From an uncultured virus (IMG/VR IMGVR_UViG_3300029305_007860) (Duplodnaviria; Heunggongvirae; Uroviricota; Caudoviricetes): a stretch of 55,307 nt of DNA. The notes beneath the pieces are model-generated. The model did not search any database. It worked only from the letters and a program-made list of their open reading frames with translations, and had not been told where the DNA came from. Positions 39,866 through 51,177 of this stretch are shown here, piece after piece. Position 1 is the stretch's first letter. Each line of letters begins with the position of its first letter. The stretch lies in IMG/VR virus record IMGVR_UViG_3300029305_007860, one strand, 5' to 3'. Both the position numbers and the translations under genes were made by a program.

Positions 39866-41764
39866 ATGAATTTTAATAAAAACTCAACAGTATTAAGTAA
39901 TGATGAAAACCAAAAATCTGTGTTTATTAATGGCTCAAGAACTTTAAAGCAACAGATAGCTCCAGCATCTATTATTTTTACATCAGAAGAAGAACTTAAG
40001 GTAGAAAATTATTATGTTAGAAGTTTTGTAATAAATGGATACCCTGCAAGAGTAGGTTTTGGTTGGATGAATCCATTATATTCTTATGATGGAGATATGG
40101 ATGTAGCTATACATATAGAACCTACACCTGAAAGATATGCATTAGAAGAGCTTATTAATAAAATTGCTCAATATGAAACCCAATATATGATTGAAGTAGA
40201 AAAAGGTTCTATTAAAAACGTAACTAAACTACAAAATAAAATAGCGGTTTTAACAGAGCAAAGGACAAAGTTAGAGCAAAATAACGAGTCTATGTTTCAC
40301 GTATCAACATTTGCATCTATGTATAATTCTGATTTAAAAGAATTAAACAAGGATTCTCAAAGATTGCAATCTCATTTATGTGGGACTAAGATGAATATTA
40401 TGCCATTATTTCTTCGACAAGATGAAGGATATTTATCTTGTTCGCCGTATGGAGTATGCAAAATTCAGGATTATTCTAGAAGTATTAACACAGGTGCTTT
40501 GAGTACCATGTTTCCATTCTATAATCCTGAAATAAATGATGTTCATGGAACATTTATAGGCGTTAATGCATTCAGTTTTACGCCAATATTTATTGATTTG
40601 TTTAATAAAAAGAAATTAGGCAATGCGAATTTATTGATTTCTGGAGGTTCAGGAGCAGGTAAAACATATTTAACAATGTTAATAATATGTAGGTCTACTC
40701 TGGAAGGAGTTAGGCATTGTATTATTGACCCGGAAAACGAATATGAACCATGTACCTTGTCAATGGGAGGAATATCATTAAAAATAGCTCCTAATTCAGA
40801 TTACATGTTAAATCCTTTTGATATTGATAAAGAGGTTGAGTTAGATAAACATGGAAATCCAACAGGAAGAGAATTTGTTAATATTAAAGGGAAATGTTCG
40901 GAATTGCTTGATTTATTAGGAATTATGTTTCCGGTGATGATGAATCCTGTAACAATGGCAGACATTTCCGGTGTATTAATGAATTTATATAGTTCTTTTG
41001 GCTTTACTGAAGATATTAATAGTCTTTATGTAGAAGGTAATAGTTTTAATCCGGAAACTGGAGAATACTTTAAAGAGAAAAATTTTAAAGTGATGCCAAC
41101 AATGAGTGACTTTAGAAATTTGTTACTTTCTACAGCTATGGAAACCAATTCTCAGACATTACTCGATTTTGCAAATTCTTTAAAGCTTTATTGTAAGGGA
41201 GGGATTTATGATTTATTTGATTGTTATACAAATGTAAATTCTTCAGGATTTGACAGTTTTCCTATCGTTAGGTTTGATACAAGTGGTATTGAAGATAAAA
41301 CTTTACGTCCTATTGGAATGCATGTGGTTTTATCGTGGGTATGGAATAAATTTATAAAAAAAGATATAAAAACTAGAAAACGTATTGTAGCAGATGAAGC
41401 GTGGATGTTATTAAATAGAGCAATGGCAGGGTCGGAATACACAGCTCATTTCTTGGAAAATTGTTCAAGAAGAGTTAGAAAGTATAATGGTTCATTGTGT
41501 TGTGCATCACAAAATTTTAGAGAGTTTGTAAGTAGAGATGAAGGACAAGCTATTCTTTCTAATTCAGCAGTTAAAATTTATCTAAAGATGGAAGCAGAAG
41601 ATATTGAAGCGGTTGGAGATAGATTTATTATGAGTGATGGAGAGAAATCGTTTTTATTATCAGCGACAAGAGGAGATATTTTAATCAAGGTTGCTAAAGA
41701 AAGTATTACAGCAAAAGTATATGCGTTTCCTTTTGAACATGAATTAATAGCTAAGGAAGAATAG
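39866..41764 (+). CDS. virB4: VirB4-like conjugation ATPase
   Basis: Walker A GGSGAGKT; IIDPENEY; Walker B ADEAW; RKYN; SQ. Confidence 0.9.
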   Translation: MNFNKNSTVLSNDENQKSVFINGSRTLKQQIAPASIIFTSEEELKVENYYVRSFVINGYPARVGFGWMNPLYSYDGDMDVAIHIEPTPERYALEELINKIAQYETQYMIEVEKGSIKNVTKLQNKIAVLTEQRTKLEQNNESMFHVSTFASMYNSDLKELNKDSQRLQSHLCGTKMNIMPLFLRQDEGYLSCSPYGVCKIQDYSRSINTGALSTMFPFYNPEINDVHGTFIGVNAFSFTPIFIDLFNKKKLGNANLLISGGSGAGKTYLTMLIICRSTLEGVRHCIIDPENEYEPCTLSMGGISLKIAPNSDYMLNPFDIDKEVELDKHGNPTGREFVNIKGKCSELLDLLGIMFPVMMNPVTMADISGVLMNLYSSFGFTEDINSLYVEGNSFNPETGEYFKEKNFKVMPTMSDFRNLLLSTAMETNSQTLLDFANSLKLYCKGGIYDLFDCYTNVNSSGFDSFPIVRFDTSGIEDKTLRPIGMHVVLSWVWNKFIKKDIKTRKRIVADEAWMLLNRAMAGSEYTAHFLENCSRRVRKYNGSLCCASQNFREFVSRDEGQAILSNSAVKIYLKMEAEDIEAVGDRFIMSDGEKSFLLSATRGDILIKVAKESITAKVYAFPFEHELIAKEE

Positions 41765-41796
41765 ATAAAAGACTTTTTTATTTAAGGAGGGATATA

Positions 41797-44298
41797 ATGG
41801 ATACAATAATGTTCATAAAGAAAAAAATAATTTTCTTTTTTATAATTCTTATAATGAGTGTCGTTTTTTTCTCCAATGTTAAAGATGTTTATGCTCGAGA
41901 AAATGCCTATCTTTCGTGTCTTATAGATGATGAGTCATATATGTATAAAACTCAAATAATTTGGTCGGGAGAAGAGATAGAACAGGGTAGAATAGGTAAT
42001 TTTAATGGTATGGAATTATCTGTTAATAATCCGGATGAATTTTTAGAAGTATATAACTATTATTGCTATTTTGAATCAGAAGATTCATTTGCAAATAGTA
42101 ATATTAATAATATTGTCGGCACAATAGATACTGATACAGGGAAAATATCTATAGAAGTAGATATGGGAGAAGGATTCGTTGATGGTCAAACAATTTCGTC
42201 TGAAACATGGGCGTCGCTTACAACTTTAAATGCTAATGATTATACAAATCCTACGAATATTCTTACTTTTCCAGCCAGTAATTCTAGTTCAGCTAGAGAA
42301 AGTGACATAAACAGAGCGTATTCTATTTCTTCTACTTTAGGAGATGATTTTAGAAATGCATTGTTGTTTGTTAATGATGGTAAGTCTTTTACTTCTGTTG
42401 ATGCCTTAGTAGATACTGCCTATGCTCTTGTTTCAACTAATCAAGGAACTATTACAAATCAATTTGGAAGTCAGTATAGAATTATATATCAAACAGTACC
42501 AAGTGATGAATTTGGTTATTGTTATGAGTGTAAAATTACTAAAATTGGTTCTGTTTCTTCGACTGTAGATAGGTCGAAAAGTTTTATATATATGATAAAA
42601 AAAGGATATCAGGATTGTAGCACAGAAGATATATTTGAAGATGGAACAGCTAATAATCTTAATTTTAATAGCTCGGACAGTTCTTTAGATACTGTTTATA
42701 TAACATGGCAACAGCTCTTTGTTGAAGCTGGAATACTTTATGGACAAGGAATATCTTATGCAAATCAAGCAGATTTATATAGTATTGATTCTTTTGAAAA
42801 TTCATTAGTTAAAGTGTTTCGTAATTTTATAAGTGGAATAAAAAATAAACTACAATTATATTCAATAGAAGATTGTATATTTAATAATAGTATTCGTGGG
42901 TCCCAAGCATTTACGTATGGCGTTTACAAAACTGATTATTCATCTGGAATATTTAGATTTTTTATGATTATGTTGGCTCTTGTTGTTAGTATGGTTGTTT
43001 TAGCAATTATTAGAGTACTTATAAAAAAAGAGTGGTCCACAGCTTCGCCGGTAGCTAGATATTCAATACTTGAAGGGATTAAAGATATTGTAATAGTTTT
43101 ATTTTTCCTTTCATCCTTATGGTTATTAATGAAGTTGGTTCTTGTTATAAATTTCTCGTTTGTTGATATTTGGGATGCTTATATTGACGGCAAGCATATG
43201 ACAGATAGTGCTGGATATAGTAGTTTATCCGCTTTACTTTATTCTTTCATATTTTTTGTTATACAGACTTATATTAACATTATTTACATATTAAGAGGAT
43301 TAATTGTTCCTGTTCTAATGTTTCTTTCTCCTGTTTTTGTTTTTTTGTTTTGTTGGGGAGAATCAGGTAAAAGACTCACAGGAGCATGGCTTAAAGAATT
43401 TATAGGTAATGTAATAATTCAATCTTTTCATGCACTGATATATGGTTTTATATTAGGTAATTCTACGGGGCTTAGAGGTATTGAAGCTTTGGTTGTTTGT
43501 GCTTCTATAATCCCACTTACTTCTGTAATAAAAGATATTTCTGGCGTAGGAGGAGGGCAATTACTTCAAAAAGCATCAAATCTTTCTTCTAATACAGTAT
43601 CTGCTATTGGCATGGGGACATCTGCTGTTGCTAATACTGTGGGAGGAGCTGTGTCGGGAGTAGGAAGTATTGCATCAAATACTGGTCATGTTGTTGGGAA
43701 AGTTGCAGGTAATTTAGCTCAAGCAGGAGGAGATGTGATTAGAGCTGGTGGTGGAATTATGAATACTGGATTTGGTGTAGGAAATATGATTGTTCATGAT
43801 AGAGGACAAATGAATATTGCATCTGGGATGTCTCAAATGTCGTATGGAATTTCAGGAGCAATAAAGAGTGGTTCTAAGGCAGTTAGTGATATTTCTTCGT
43901 CAGGAGGAAGGATGATTTCTAATTCGGTCCGAAGTAATAGTGTAAATGCTAGACTTGGAGAAAGTAATCTTGGAACACCTAACTATATTAACAAAAATAA
44001 AGATGGAACAATGACTGCTCATTATAATGCTGTAAATAAAACGGATTTGTCAAGAATAGAAGCTCTGCATGGTAAAGAATCTCAAGAATATAGGCAAGCT
44101 AATGAAATATATGCATTAAGTAGTTTAGCTGACAAACTTACTCCTAGTGAAACCAATTCGATAGCGGAGAAGTCTGGAGCGTTCATGTCTTCGTCAGACA
44201 AAGGATTAGATATTACTTTTAATAAACCGAGAAAAGGAAATAATTATGTTCCTCTTAGTCAGTCGTTAGGAGAAAAAATATATCCTCCTAAAATGTAA
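41797..44298 (+). CDS. Polytopic T4SS membrane protein (VirB6-like)
   Basis: Signal peptide, large extracellular domain, multiple TM helices, Gly/Ser-rich tail; follows virB4. Confidence 0.65.
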   Translation: MDTIMFIKKKIIFFFIILIMSVVFFSNVKDVYARENAYLSCLIDDESYMYKTQIIWSGEEIEQGRIGNFNGMELSVNNPDEFLEVYNYYCYFESEDSFANSNINNIVGTIDTDTGKISIEVDMGEGFVDGQTISSETWASLTTLNANDYTNPTNILTFPASNSSSARESDINRAYSISSTLGDDFRNALLFVNDGKSFTSVDALVDTAYALVSTNQGTITNQFGSQYRIIYQTVPSDEFGYCYECKITKIGSVSSTVDRSKSFIYMIKKGYQDCSTEDIFEDGTANNLNFNSSDSSLDTVYITWQQLFVEAGILYGQGISYANQADLYSIDSFENSLVKVFRNFISGIKNKLQLYSIEDCIFNNSIRGSQAFTYGVYKTDYSSGIFRFFMIMLALVVSMVVLAIIRVLIKKEWSTASPVARYSILEGIKDIVIVLFFLSSLWLLMKLVLVINFSFVDIWDAYIDGKHMTDSAGYSSLSALLYSFIFFVIQTYINIIYILRGLIVPVLMFLSPVFVFLFCWGESGKRLTGAWLKEFIGNVIIQSFHALIYGFILGNSTGLRGIEALVVCASIIPLTSVIKDISGVGGGQLLQKASNLSSNTVSAIGMGTSAVANTVGGAVSGVGSIASNTGHVVGKVAGNLAQAGGDVIRAGGGIMNTGFGVGNMIVHDRGQMNIASGMSQMSYGISGAIKSGSKAVSDISSSGGRMISNSVRSNSVNARLGESNLGTPNYINKNKDGTMTAHYNAVNKTDLSRIEALHGKESQEYRQANEIYALSSLADKLTPSETNSIAEKSGAFMSSSDKGLDITFNKPRKGNNYVPLSQSLGEKIYPPKM

Positions 44299-44339
44299 TA
44301 ACATTATTTTAAATTAATTAAATATTTTACAGAATTAAG

Positions 44340-47165
44340 GTGATTTTTGTGTCTTATAATAAATTTGATAATGGTTTTGAAAAAGGAAGTAAGGCTCTCT
44401 TAAATGGAGGGAAAAAAGCTGGAAGGAAATTAGGAAATGCTATTGGCAGGACGTTAGGATTAGGAATAAGGCGTGGAGGCAGAAAATTGTTAAAATCCAC
44501 AGTAAAATCAGTTGGAAAAATGCTTTCTTTACTTCCTAAACAGGTAGTAGTGATTTTGGCTATTTTTATATTTGTACTTATAAGTTTTACATCATGTGGA
44601 TACTTTGCCACATTGGAAAATGTTGGTGAAACAGGTAATAGAATTGATAATAGTAATTCTGGCAGTTATTCGGTTAGCGAGAATTCGGTAGTGTACTCAA
44701 ATGCTAATGCTAATTGTATAGCGTATTATAAGCTTTTATCAAAAGAAAAATCTGTTTGGCAGGAGAGTATAGATGAAAATGGAAATAAGATTCTTATTAG
44801 AGCCGATGATAAAAATGCTGTATCGGATTACTTTAAAAATGATTTAAACTATTATGTTGATGCGGATTTGCTTTTTTGTATGAATAAATACATATTTGGA
44901 GAAGAATTTGTATATCCTGAAGCTTTTTTACAACCTGTTAATTATAATAAAGAAACGTTTGAACTAATTCCTTTGACTACTGAGGATGGAAATGTTTCTT
45001 CGGTATCAAAAAAATATAATAAAGATGGAACTGTATTAGAAAGTGAATCACAATATACAACATCTGATTATGGAATAGCTACTGTAATGTCGTATACAAA
45101 ACAAACAGAAAAAACATCATTTAAGGGTACATATTACAAAAAAGAGGTATTAAATAATGATGGAACTATAAGTGAAATAGATATAGATGAAGAGTTTGAC
45201 ATCACAATAAAAACGAAAGAGTATGATATTCTTGATAAAGTTGTGACTTTTGCAGGTAATATTCAATACAATTACATTCCATCATCTACCCTTACAGCAA
45301 CTGTAAAAACTGGAGAATCCTCTGGAGTAGAAACAGACCTTACGGAAATTTATGTTTATGCAAATACGTCTATTTCGTTTGTTACATATAAAAGAGTATT
45401 AAAAGATAAAGATGGGAACGAAGTTACAGGAATATCATTAGGAAGTGAATATCCATATAATAAAAGATTTATGAAATATAATAGTAGCGTAGATGCTGGT
45501 TATACAGACGATTATATATCTGAGTGGATATCTCTTCATACAAAAGAAATAGAGTATACGGATTCATCGGGAAGTACAATTAGTCTAAATGTAAGCTATG
45601 AATATTCGACGGAATCTATCAAACAATGTTCTTTAAAGAAATATAGAACAAGTGATAGTGGAATCTATATAGATTTTGTTAATCAAAGTGAAACAATATG
45701 TAATGATTTAGGCAATGGTTATTTATATGATTATTTAAAGCATTTTTCCTGTTATTTTCCGGCAAATTTATCGAGAAGTTATAACACTTTTTTACAAATG
45801 GGTTCTCAAGCGACAGATATTGATTCTATTATAATTACTAATTATGAGGTAATTAGTGGATTGGGAACTAATTCTTTTGAGCAAATTTATAATGGCAGTG
45901 AAGAAGGGAAAGAGTTATTAGAACTTATATGGGATATTCTTATAACATGGGGGTATTCTGAAGTTCAAGCATCTGCGGTAATAGGAAATATGGGACAAGA
46001 GAGTGGATATAATCCTTCGGTTGTTAATAATATTGGAGCGGTCGGTTTATGTCAATGGCTTAATGATAGAAAAACTAATTTGTTTAATTTTGCAGGAAGC
46101 ATTCAAAGAGAGTGGACAGATGCAGAGATACAAGTTATATATGCGTGTATGGAATTATCTGTAGATAAATTATATGACCAATGTTCTTATCAATGGGGAG
46201 GATATGAAGAAGAAGCAGAAATCTTTGCTAATAGTACTGATTTAGCAGAGGTTACTAAAGCAATATGTAGAGGTTGGGAAAGATGCGGTAATGACGAAGC
46301 AAATTATACACATAGAATCGCGTGTGCTAATTCTGCGTATGCGACGTTTTCGGGCAGAGTTCCTGAAACGCAGGCTTTAATAATAGCACCATCTGGCTCT
46401 ACAGATGGAAATATAATAAAAACATATGATACTTCTTATGTTACAAGGTCTATGTCAGATAAAGACAAAGAATTATTTAACGTATTCTATCATTCTGTTG
46501 ATGATATATACAATGGGAACTATATTCTTGAGTTTAAAACTAAGTGTATGGCTGAGTCTGAAATAGATAATATGTTATTGCTCGCTAATTCTTATATTAA
46601 TGGGACAAGTTTAGATGAAGAAAGAATAAATTCCGTGAATGAATTATGGTCTACAGATTATATTTCAAATTTGACTTCTAAAAAAACAACTGTAGCGGAT
46701 GTTTATGGGGTGGATTCTTTAGGAGAACCTAGACTTTCAGTTGAAAATATAGAAGGAATGCCTTATTGGTTTAGTGGTAGTCCTTTTTATAATAGTGGAT
46801 ATGGTCTTCCGAATTGCACTACATGGGTGTATGGAAGATGTTGGGAGGCAACAGGAGAACAGCCACCAAGTATATTTTTGGGAGATGCTAAAACATGGTG
46901 GACTGAAAATATAAATACTAATACGTATTTATATGGAAGTGAGCCGAAAGCAGGAGCTATTATGGTATGGGGAGGAAACGGAGCTGGTCATGTAGCTTTT
47001 GTTGAACAAGTGAATACTGATGGAACGATGACTATAACTCAATCAGGATGGAAAACAATGGCATGGTATCCGTATAATGTAAAAACTGGTACTGTTGAAA
47101 GTATAGAGAATTACAGTTCTTCAAGACCTTTTTTGGGTTATATATATATGGAAAAAATAAACTGA
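44340..47165 (+). CDS. Conjugation peptidoglycan hydrolase (phage-tail-lysozyme plus CHAP)
   Basis: VIGNMGQES, GLCQW; NCTTWVYGR, GDAKTW, GHVAFVE. Confidence 0.85.
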   Translation: MIFVSYNKFDNGFEKGSKALLNGGKKAGRKLGNAIGRTLGLGIRRGGRKLLKSTVKSVGKMLSLLPKQVVVILAIFIFVLISFTSCGYFATLENVGETGNRIDNSNSGSYSVSENSVVYSNANANCIAYYKLLSKEKSVWQESIDENGNKILIRADDKNAVSDYFKNDLNYYVDADLLFCMNKYIFGEEFVYPEAFLQPVNYNKETFELIPLTTEDGNVSSVSKKYNKDGTVLESESQYTTSDYGIATVMSYTKQTEKTSFKGTYYKKEVLNNDGTISEIDIDEEFDITIKTKEYDILDKVVTFAGNIQYNYIPSSTLTATVKTGESSGVETDLTEIYVYANTSISFVTYKRVLKDKDGNEVTGISLGSEYPYNKRFMKYNSSVDAGYTDDYISEWISLHTKEIEYTDSSGSTISLNVSYEYSTESIKQCSLKKYRTSDSGIYIDFVNQSETICNDLGNGYLYDYLKHFSCYFPANLSRSYNTFLQMGSQATDIDSIIITNYEVISGLGTNSFEQIYNGSEEGKELLELIWDILITWGYSEVQASAVIGNMGQESGYNPSVVNNIGAVGLCQWLNDRKTNLFNFAGSIQREWTDAEIQVIYACMELSVDKLYDQCSYQWGGYEEEAEIFANSTDLAEVTKAICRGWERCGNDEANYTHRIACANSAYATFSGRVPETQALIIAPSGSTDGNIIKTYDTSYVTRSMSDKDKELFNVFYHSVDDIYNGNYILEFKTKCMAESEIDNMLLLANSYINGTSLDEERINSVNELWSTDYISNLTSKKTTVADVYGVDSLGEPRLSVENIEGMPYWFSGSPFYNSGYGLPNCTTWVYGRCWEATGEQPPSIFLGDAKTWWTENINTNTYLYGSEPKAGAIMVWGGNGAGHVAFVEQVNTDGTMTITQSGWKTMAWYPYNVKTGTVESIENYSSSRPFLGYIYMEKIN

Positions 47166-47205
47166 TTTATAAATTATATATAGATGGAAAGGAGTCTTTA
47201 ATATT

Positions 47206-48105
47206 ATGTATTGTAAATTTAGGATAAAATATATTTTTTTGTGTCTAATAATGATTTTTTCTGTAATTTTATCTACGGAAATTAGTTATGCAGAAGAGAC
47301 TCCTTCTGAATATACTGTTGTTTTAAATCCTGTAAGTGGAGATGGAAGTTACTATACTGTTGAATATACAGGGAATCCAGAAGTACAAAGTAATGGAAAT
47401 ATTTTTGTATATACATGGGGAGAAGAAGCTACAATAACGATTACAGTAAAAGAAGGATGTCTTATACAATCTTCAGATGTTGATTTTATGGAAGGATTAG
47501 TTGAAGATGATTGGGATTGTGAATTTGGAGTGACTTGGGATTCTGCGACCATAGATAGAGTTGGGAATAAAGGACATCCATCTGGAATAACTGGAACTTT
47601 TTCTGACGGATGGACGAAATACACAATTTATATATCTTCAGATGCTTTTAATAAAAGTGACGGTAATTCAGCTGGATATAATGAATATTGTGCGGATATT
47701 ACTACTTTAAAGTTTGATTTTGCTATTGAAGGAACTCCTATAGAAAATTCTGACAGTCCTTCAATTTCAGGAGGAGATGAGGTTCCTTCTGAACATATAT
47801 CTGGTCATAATACAGTAGCTCAGAATATCCCTGATAATTCGGAAATTACAAGATGGCAGAAAGTTATAGAAAAAATAAAGGAATTTGAAAAAATAATTGA
47901 AATAATTACTAATTTCATGTATGGATTTGGAATATTAACAGCTGTTCTTAGTATAATGGTTACATTGTTTGAATATTCAATAGCTTCTACTCATCCTCTT
48001 AGAAGAAGGGAAAGCTTAGAAAATTTAGCAAGCGGAGCAATTTGTATCGCTTTATTCGGTTCGATTAAACTTTTTGTTACGCTCATTATTCAAATAGCAA
48101 TGTAG
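47206..48105 (+). CDS. Secreted-domain protein with pilin-like C-terminus
   Basis: Signal peptide; C-terminal TM pair around STHPLRRRES and IALFGS as in 38015..38371. Confidence 0.65.
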   Translation: MYCKFRIKYIFLCLIMIFSVILSTEISYAEETPSEYTVVLNPVSGDGSYYTVEYTGNPEVQSNGNIFVYTWGEEATITITVKEGCLIQSSDVDFMEGLVEDDWDCEFGVTWDSATIDRVGNKGHPSGITGTFSDGWTKYTIYISSDAFNKSDGNSAGYNEYCADITTLKFDFAIEGTPIENSDSPSISGGDEVPSEHISGHNTVAQNIPDNSEITRWQKVIEKIKEFEKIIEIITNFMYGFGILTAVLSIMVTLFEYSIASTHPLRRRESLENLASGAICIALFGSIKLFVTLIIQIAM

Positions 48106-48119
48106 AGGAGTGAGAAAAT

Positions 48120-49622
48120 ATGAAAAAAATATTATTAATTATTAATATATTCTTAATTGCAAGTATATATATTACGGGGTGTTCCGATGTTAAGGATACT
48201 CCTTCAAAACAAGAAGTTATAACAATAGAGACAAGTGAATATGGTGATAGTGATTTTGTTCAAGAAGGTTATACAAATATTAGTTCTATAGATGGATATT
48301 CTTTTTGTGTTAGAAATGAGGATTATAATACTGATGTTACATTTAATACATTAGATATATTAAATGACAGTAAGGAACTTCCTTATATGGGGTTCCCTGA
48401 GTATTCTTTTGATAAAGTTTCTTTTGAAAATAATGAATTAATAAAAAATGATAATGTTTTTTTATTACATACTTATAATAAATCCTTGTATTTTTTTCAG
48501 GCAAATACAGCTTTTGGCTATTCTATGCATTATTTTAGTGATGATGATATAGCTAGAAATACTATTATTTCTATATTATCACGTATTAATATTAATTCTC
48601 CTACATTTATTGAAAATTCCTCCTTGTATTCATATGATTATCAATCAGGGGAATATGGATATAATATTAAGATTTCTTTTAATATTGATGATAATCTTGA
48701 ATGGCAAGGAGATGTATATATGTGGGAAAATGATAAGGGACAGAATTTTTTTCTTGTTTCAGGAACAGAGAATTTTTCTGAAGAGGAAAGAAAATATATT
48801 GCGGATTCTGTTTGCGTCTCAGAAGAATTTAATTCCGCATTATTTGAATATAGTACCAGCTCTATTTCTTTAGATTATGGTGGAATTGTTTTAAATGGTG
48901 AGTTTAATGATGCATTAGGTTTTAATTGTGATATATCGGAAAAATTTAGATATTCTTCTATTGCAAGTTGGAAAAGTGATGAAGCACCGTTTTTTGCCAA
49001 TCCATATTATGGGTATATAGCAAGATATAATGTTTATAATCTTCCGGCAGAAGTTTCGATAGATGATTTTATACATTGTTATATGTTTCCTAATTATAAA
49101 TTTTTTTATGGAGAATCCAGTTATATTGATGATTCTAAGTTTCTTCCCATTGAATATTTAGATACTTATTCAATAACAGATAAAGATAATATAACATGGG
49201 ATGTATATACTACAAAATGCTCAAAAGAACATATTCTTATTTGGGATAAATATGAGTACACATCGTTATATATAAGAATTAAAGGGACACAATGTATTGC
49301 AATAGAAACGTGGTATAACGGAGAATATAAGGAATGCTTTGATAATTTAATGAAAGAGGCAATACAGTCAAGTTATGTTACAGAAGGACAGTCTGCAATT
49401 CTCTTTCCTTTATCAGAAATGATTAAGGCTTATGAAAATTATTATATTATTCCTGAAGAGCAACCGTCTATTCAAGAACAGGATTTGACAGAAGATATAG
49501 CTACTGATACAGACGCTACAGAAGATATTGTTGACCTAGATTTTTCCACTTCTGAATCTGAAAATATTCAAGATATAAATTCTGACAGTATATCGGGAGA
49601 GGAGGAAAACGTTGATGAATAA
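48120..49622 (+). CDS. Lipoprotein
   Basis: Lipobox ITGC; acidic tail. Confidence 0.75.
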   Translation: MKKILLIINIFLIASIYITGCSDVKDTPSKQEVITIETSEYGDSDFVQEGYTNISSIDGYSFCVRNEDYNTDVTFNTLDILNDSKELPYMGFPEYSFDKVSFENNELIKNDNVFLLHTYNKSLYFFQANTAFGYSMHYFSDDDIARNTIISILSRININSPTFIENSSLYSYDYQSGEYGYNIKISFNIDDNLEWQGDVYMWENDKGQNFFLVSGTENFSEEERKYIADSVCVSEEFNSALFEYSTSSISLDYGGIVLNGEFNDALGFNCDISEKFRYSSIASWKSDEAPFFANPYYGYIARYNVYNLPAEVSIDDFIHCYMFPNYKFFYGESSYIDDSKFLPIEYLDTYSITDKDNITWDVYTTKCSKEHILIWDKYEYTSLYIRIKGTQCIAIETWYNGEYKECFDNLMKEAIQSSYVTEGQSAILFPLSEMIKAYENYYIIPEEQPSIQEQDLTEDIATDTDATEDIVDLDFSTSESENIQDINSDSISGEEENVDE

Positions 49623-50571
49623 TAAAGTAAAATATATAAAACCATTATTACGAGTTTTTATTGTAATAGGAATAATATTATTTGTTTGTGTAGTTGTGTT
49701 ATTTGTTTATCTAAAAAGAGGACAAAAAGAAGAAAATGTTAATTATAATATAGAATCTACTTTTTTTGATAGTTTTATAGATAATATGTCATCTATGTAT
49801 GCATATGAGTTTTATTTTACTATTGAAGGAGAAGATGCAAAACTTATTTTACCAGAGTGGTTATATGTACTTGCTGAACCGCGTCTTACTATGGATTTAA
49901 ATGATAATGAAAAAAAATTATATTTTTATGGGACGATTTATAGTGGTGGAATTGATATGACAATTTCTCATGCTAATCCAGAAGGATATTATTCGGAAGA
50001 ATTTGAAGTAGAAAGAAGCGATAAATATGTTAAAGTTTTAGAGTCAATACATATTAAAGGAAATAATAATGCTATTTATATTACTAATTGTTCATATTTG
50101 AGTAATAGTTTTATTCAGGGTTTTTTTAGATGTGAAGAATATGAGTCCATCTCGGACGATACATATGTAAAATTATATCAAAATAAATCGGGAAGAGATA
50201 TTACAGCTGATATTGTAAAGTTATTGAGTGAAATGAAGAATAGTTCGTTTATTAAATGTGGAGTAACTAAAGAAAATTATGATGCATTTACATGTCAAGA
50301 AGAATTTACATATGCCTATGATACTGATTTTTCTTTAACATTTCCTGAAGGATTTACTGCTTATAATAATATTTATATATCTGGAGATGTAAAGGAAATA
50401 AGTTTTTTGGGGTCTTGTGATACTTTAAAAATTGAAGGGTTTATATCTGAAAAGAAAGATTATATTATTCCCTATACAGAGTATGATTATTGGAAAGTTA
50501 TAGATATTAATGAACTGGTAGATATGATTTTAAATTATTGGGAAGAACATGAGTTATTAGAGGAGGGGTAA
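49612..50571 (+). CDS. Membrane-anchored hypothetical protein
   Basis: N-terminal TM helix; RBS GAGGAGG. Confidence 0.75.
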   Translation: MMNNKVKYIKPLLRVFIVIGIILFVCVVVLFVYLKRGQKEENVNYNIESTFFDSFIDNMSSMYAYEFYFTIEGEDAKLILPEWLYVLAEPRLTMDLNDNEKKLYFYGTIYSGGIDMTISHANPEGYYSEEFEVERSDKYVKVLESIHIKGNNNAIYITNCSYLSNSFIQGFFRCEEYESISDDTYVKLYQNKSGRDITADIVKLLSEMKNSSFIKCGVTKENYDAFTCQEEFTYAYDTDFSLTFPEGFTAYNNIYISGDVKEISFLGSCDTLKIEGFISEKKDYIIPYTEYDYWKVIDINELVDMILNYWEEHELLEEG

Positions 50572-50573
50572 AA

Positions 50574-50879
50574 ATGTTATATATATTTATAATATTCTTT
50601 TTTATCATATATATTATTGGTGAATTAACAAAATATAGAAGAATTGAATCGTTTAAAGAAAAAAAGAAGGTATATAATGAGCCAGTAGTTTATATTAAAT
50701 TTGTATCTATATGTATTGTTATAATATTAATTCTAATTAATCGTATTCTTCCTTCAAGTGTTATAGAAAGAAGTAATGGAGTAATTAATAGTATTATTTA
50801 TTTTGTTATTTTATCTATTATGGGATATATTTCTTTTTTGGATATAAGAAAAATATCTAAGAATGATAAATCTCAATGA
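50574..50879 (+). CDS. Small membrane protein
   Basis: Three hydrophobic segments; RBS GGAGGGG. Confidence 0.65.
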   Translation: MLYIFIIFFFIIYIIGELTKYRRIESFKEKKKVYNEPVVYIKFVSICIVIILILINRILPSSVIERSNGVINSIIYFVILSIMGYISFLDIRKISKNDKSQ

Positions 50880-50887
50880 TTTGAATG

Positions 50888-50905
50888 TCGTTTTACTACT
50901 ATGTA
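50888..50905 (+). promoter_or_regulatory. CGTTTTACTA element (no hairpin)
   Basis: TCGTTTTACTACTATGTA, followed within a few bases by RBS GAGGAGG. Confidence 0.8.
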
Positions 50906-50925
50906 GGTAGAGGAGGAGGCTACTT

Positions 50926-51177
50926 ATGAAATTTTCTTCTAAAAATATGATAGGAAAAAGCATTACAAATTTGAGGAAATGTCATAATCTTTCTCAAAAG
51001 GCATTTGCTGAAAAATGTGGAATAACTAGAGGAATGGTAGCAGGATATGAGTCCTTAACCCGGGAACCTAAATTGGATGTATTGCTTAAGATTTCAAATG
51101 CTTTTAATATTTCTACAGATGATTTATTAAAAGGGACAATTAATAAGGAGAGTGAAAATTATGAAAAAAATACTTAA
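50926..51177 (+). CDS. XRE-family helix-turn-helix regulator
   Basis: LRKCHNLSQKAFAEKCGITRGMVAGYE...REPKLDVL. Confidence 0.85.
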   Translation: MKFSSKNMIGKSITNLRKCHNLSQKAFAEKCGITRGMVAGYESLTREPKLDVLLKISNAFNISTDDLLKGTINKESENYEKNT